Positions 59,591 to 64,000 of a DNA stretch of 64,000 nucleotides are shown in pieces. Numbering within the stretch: position 1 is the stretch's first letter; each line of letters starts with the position of its first letter. The notes under the pieces were generated by a model. It was given only the letters and a program-made list of their open reading frames with translations. It ran no database searches and had not been told where the DNA came from. The stretch spans positions 12,849,480 through 12,913,479 of the forward strand of contig CM121342.1 of NCBI GenBank assembly GCA_051530055.1. The letters are read 5' to 3'. Source of the stretch: Neoechinorhynchus agilis (Eukaryota; Animalia; Acanthocephala). A program made the translations under genes and the position numbers.

Positions 59591-61126
59591 TCATTTTTTG
59601 AACATTGTTTGGTCGCAGACATGATTGTATTTGTTGGCATGATTACGGTTCGTAGATTGCAACCAGCAATTATGGCCCCAGTAGCAGTTTGGTCGGCTTA
59701 ACTGAATGGCACTTGAGTCGAGGGACTTACGGAAAATCCAAGCAAAACGTTCAATGCTTTTTAGCGCGCAACTTGTACAGACAAATAATTCTGTAACCGC
59801 TGAAATTTTACTTTTAACCAAATCCGAAACGAACTTGAATTTTCCATCATTGACCCATTTAAGGTGGAATTTCTTATTCGCAGAGACTAATAAAACTTTC
59901 CACCGGAATCATTTCGTCAACTAGGATTTGAGGCCATGGACCACTTGTTCGCTTGAGCATGTAATCCTTCAGAATAGTCGTTTCGACTTCGTTTTTGAGA
60001 AGAATGAGAGGCGCTTCAATTCTGCAAGGGCAATAATCTTTTAACTTCATGAGACATCTTGAATGTAGGTCACTGATATTGTCCCTGCGACAAGAGCATT
60101 CCCAATAAGCATCACAGAACGGTCGTCTACAGAGAGCACACTCCTGCTGCGGTCCATTTGAGATCAGTTCCAGTTCTTCGCGTCTGTCCGGCATAAGCTC
60201 GGAGCAACAATAACAAGCTATATGTGGCATATTATCACGGTGGCCATTGTCCAATTTTCTTCGCGGGTTAGAGTAAATATAAGAATTTCATTGTCTTAGT
60301 TTCAACCTAATTTAAAATCGCAAATAAAAATACCCATCCACGAACTATTTGCAGAATTTCCTTACGCCTTAAGCTTTTCCTAAGGCTTATAATTTCCACT
60401 AATCGAAAATAAAATCATTCCTTGTATAGAGATACTCAAGTTCCATAGAAACATCTAAACATTAAAAAGTCCACTTAAGAGCGCATCCCATATAAAGGTA
60501 GAAAAATGGAAAACATCCACCCAACTGCAAACAAAATCACTTGATCGTAAAGACCGGATTCTACCTGGGCATTGTCTACAAAGAGAAGGGTCGTCTGTCG
60601 CAATAAATCGACTGTTGTCATCTTCATCACAAGTTTCTTGGTACTCAATAGCCACTGTTGCAGAATGATGCTCATTATGATTAGACCAAGACCTAAAGCT
60701 ATTGTGACTAATTGATTCATTTTCGTCATCATAGTCCTCGTTATCTTCAGTCTCATTGGAATCATCGGTAATCTCTTCATACTTGTCATCCTCAAAAGAC
60801 CGGTAGTCCCCGATTTCGTCGACGTCGTCTCGGTCGATTTTTTGTTTTCCAGGATGCAACTTCATCCAATTTATTATAACGTTGTTGACCATATGATTCT
60901 TTGAAGCAGCTAGGGATTCCTGCTTACATGTAGGGCATGCTGTAGACTTTCTATACCATCGACTCAAGCACGAGGCACAATATGAGTGCATGCATGGATG
61001 AATGGTAACGCAATTGTAGATGATCTCAAGGCAAATCGCGCATTTAAGACTTTCTTCAATGTCCCGCTCAGCACTCCCTTTGTTCTTTTTCTGCTTTCTC
61101 TTTTTACGGCAACCTATTTTACACAT
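59591..61126 (-). CDS. CHFR: CHFR-like E3 ligase (RING + cysteine-rich domain + PBZ), no FHA seen
   Basis: IEESLKCAICLEIIYNCVTIHPCMHSYCASC..CPTC..KNHMVNN; LCRQCP, DFVC, HIACYCCSELMPDRR, QQECALCRRPFCDAYWEC; SRPNCYWGHNC..HANKYNHVCDQT. Confidence 0.9.
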
Positions 61127-61710
61127 TCAAACGTTTGTAGATCTGAATTAAAAATCGGTCGGTGTGTTTCGAATAATAATAATAAATGTCGATTTAGAGG
61201 GAGACGTATTTAAATACGCTTTACAAATAGTCAAGCAAAACAAAAAAATAGTGAGTGGGATCTAGCGAAAATTATTTAGGTGTCGTGTATTCAAACCAAA
61301 AGTATTTCTTTGAAGAGAAAGCAATTCGTTTGAATGCTCTAGGCGATCTAACATTCCTTTCGGCAAAAATACTTAACATAATGTGGGTGCATAGGTCTAA
61401 AGGCCCCCCCCGGATCATCTTGCAACAACTGATAAGCAATCTACTGAAGTGATAAATCACAATGTACTAAGAAAAAGAGGCAATTATCGACTTTTCGTTT
61501 GCAGTTCGTCGGTCTTGCTGAATGTCTAAATGCCTAGATACGCACTTGTGATTTTTGTCGCATACATGGCTCATTTCTTTATCCATTATCTAACACCCGT
61601 TTTCAAACGTTTACATTTTCAAGAGCTATAAAATAGCGCGTAAATAATGAATGAGAAGCGATTGTCAATGGCGCAATCAGTAGAAATCACTGAGATGAAC
61701 CACGATCAAG

Positions 61711-61814
61711 AATTGAAGATGTGGTGATCATAATCCACGATAAATCATATTTTATTGAACTCGTCTCCCCTGCTATATTTTTTATCTGGGATTATGATCA
61801 TCACATCTCCATTT
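61711..61814. other. Imperfect inverted repeat (~34-40 bp stem, ~24-36 nt loop)
   Basis: 61711-61744 and the reverse complement of 61781-61814 match at 29 of 34 positions. Confidence 0.6.
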
Positions 61815-62716
61815 CTATCATCCTAAAGGATTCTCTCTTGACGATCAAGAATGTTCGAGATTATTAGAAAAAGACTTTTGACGGGACGCAATCAAGTAGT
61901 TATTAGACAAAGTCTAAACGGTTCTTCGTGGGTTTAAGTAAGCAGTTCTTTTTTATCAAAGGTGACATCGATACCTGTCGCAAATATTATCAGAAAATGG
62001 ATTGTCAAAATTTACCTACTAAGCGGAAATTTTTATCTGGGTTTTTAGGTTAAACTACTAGAACGGATTTTGACATGATAATCAATTGCGTTTTAGTATA
62101 ATAAGCATTTAAAAATGCCATCGAGCTTCACCTTTACTTTCAAACAGATCATTTCAAATTCTTATAATTTATTTTGTCTTTTACCCAACGATTTCATGCG
62201 CAGAAGGGCAAATCTGGATTCCAGTTATTAATAAAATGTCAAGGGAATTATTCAGCTTCAGCGACGCGCTGTAATTTAAGTGATATTTCCGTCAAGTTTA
62301 GATAAGGGATATTAAAAATGATCGCCTTCTATAATGAAAATAAAGGTAATCTACACCTTCTGTCATGTGTTGATTGTTAAATCGTTGCGATAAACCGATC
62401 ACGGGATTCCACCTACGGCACAAGAAATATTCTCAATCGAATACACATCATCCAAAGCGAATACTATTATTTAATAAGTTTGTACAATGCAAAATGAAAA
62501 TACGCAAAAGAAGTACTCTATCTGCAATTTATAGTTCTACCAGTAAAAAGGATTCGTTTTCGTTAAGGCCTTTGAAATATCGAGTGTTTTGGGGAACAAA
62601 TAAGATGATCAACATTAATTTTATCCTGCTCTGGCAGCTGGGAAAGATCTTTTCTTCGTTATGTTGACCGCTTTTTCACTCACACGCACGCCCGATTGTT
62701 CAATCACATCCTTTCC

Positions 62717-63334
<618 letters not shown>

Positions 63335-64000
63335 TTACGGAGGCGGCTGTGATGGTGTTTCCGACCGCAGTCAAGTAACGAAAAACGCTCTAATCACACC
63401 GTGAGTGTCGATCGCGCTCACAAAAAGGTTATTGAGCCATTATGAAAGCAAAAACAATAGCGATGATCTTAAACGTAAACACGACAAAGGTAGGGGCTTT
63501 AAGTACTGGACGTATGAGAGACGAATTCGAGGTGCTTAACGAGAAGGGGAAATGATCTCTTCGCAGCGAGCTCTATGTTTTCGCTGTATTTATGTGTGTG
63601 TGTTAGCGGTTGCTTTGTCATTTACACCACAAGTTGAGTTTTGGCAGAATGTGGGAGCATTTGCATGGAACATTCGCTCGTAAAAAGAGTCATATTCGAT
63701 TTAGTGAGACTACAATGACAGAGAGTGAGAAAGTCAACTGTTGTGTGGCAGTGGAAACCACAAAAATTTCATTAGGCGTACAGTGTTAAAGATCGATGAG
63801 TTCTTTTTAAAAGCAATAAGCAAGTTCTTTAACAGTGACTTATATCACTCACTTTCTCCCCGAACAATAGATAAAGAAACCCGTTTCGGTCTCAGCAAAC
63901 GTTTTACTAACACAACAGAATCTCATGTTTACAAAGGAGATGATATTTTCGAAATGAAACCCAATGAATTTGTGAATGTGAAGTCGGCAATTCTTTTCGG

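Overview
Compact, AT-rich animal genomic DNA with many 31-60 nt spliceosomal introns. A small-genome arthropod such as a mite is possible, but this is inference from the calexcitin/SCP type and MBD5/6. Genes, by family recall: SGSM/RUTBC RUN-TBC RabGAP, ULK/Atg1, calexcitin/SCP, a LIN-41/TRIM71-like filamin-NHL protein, EXOC8, RCCD1-like, an orphan tail-anchored ORF, a highly divergent class I PI3K catalytic subunit, MBD5/6-like, FHA-less CHFR and calmodulin. Accessory DNA includes four CRE-like RT/RLE retrotransposon copies in two subfamilies, an internally deleted APE-type LINE, a second LINE RT fragment, a Penelope-like remnant, and a ~9.6 kb nested satellite block (~92-bp array / ~454-bp array / ~92-bp array). 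Best leads: (1) several exon junctions that fit conserved protein motifs only with unusual splicing, namely a TA-flanked inverted-repeat insertion in an SGSM exon, a 35-nt non-GT-AG segment in RCCD1, and the CHFR and EXOC8 junctions; (2) the nested satellites with ~150-bp substructure; (3) the PI3K with altered catalytic motifs. All family calls rest on recalled sequences and no searches were run. The assembly shows signs of 1-bp indel errors, so frameshift-based claims need RNA or read validation.
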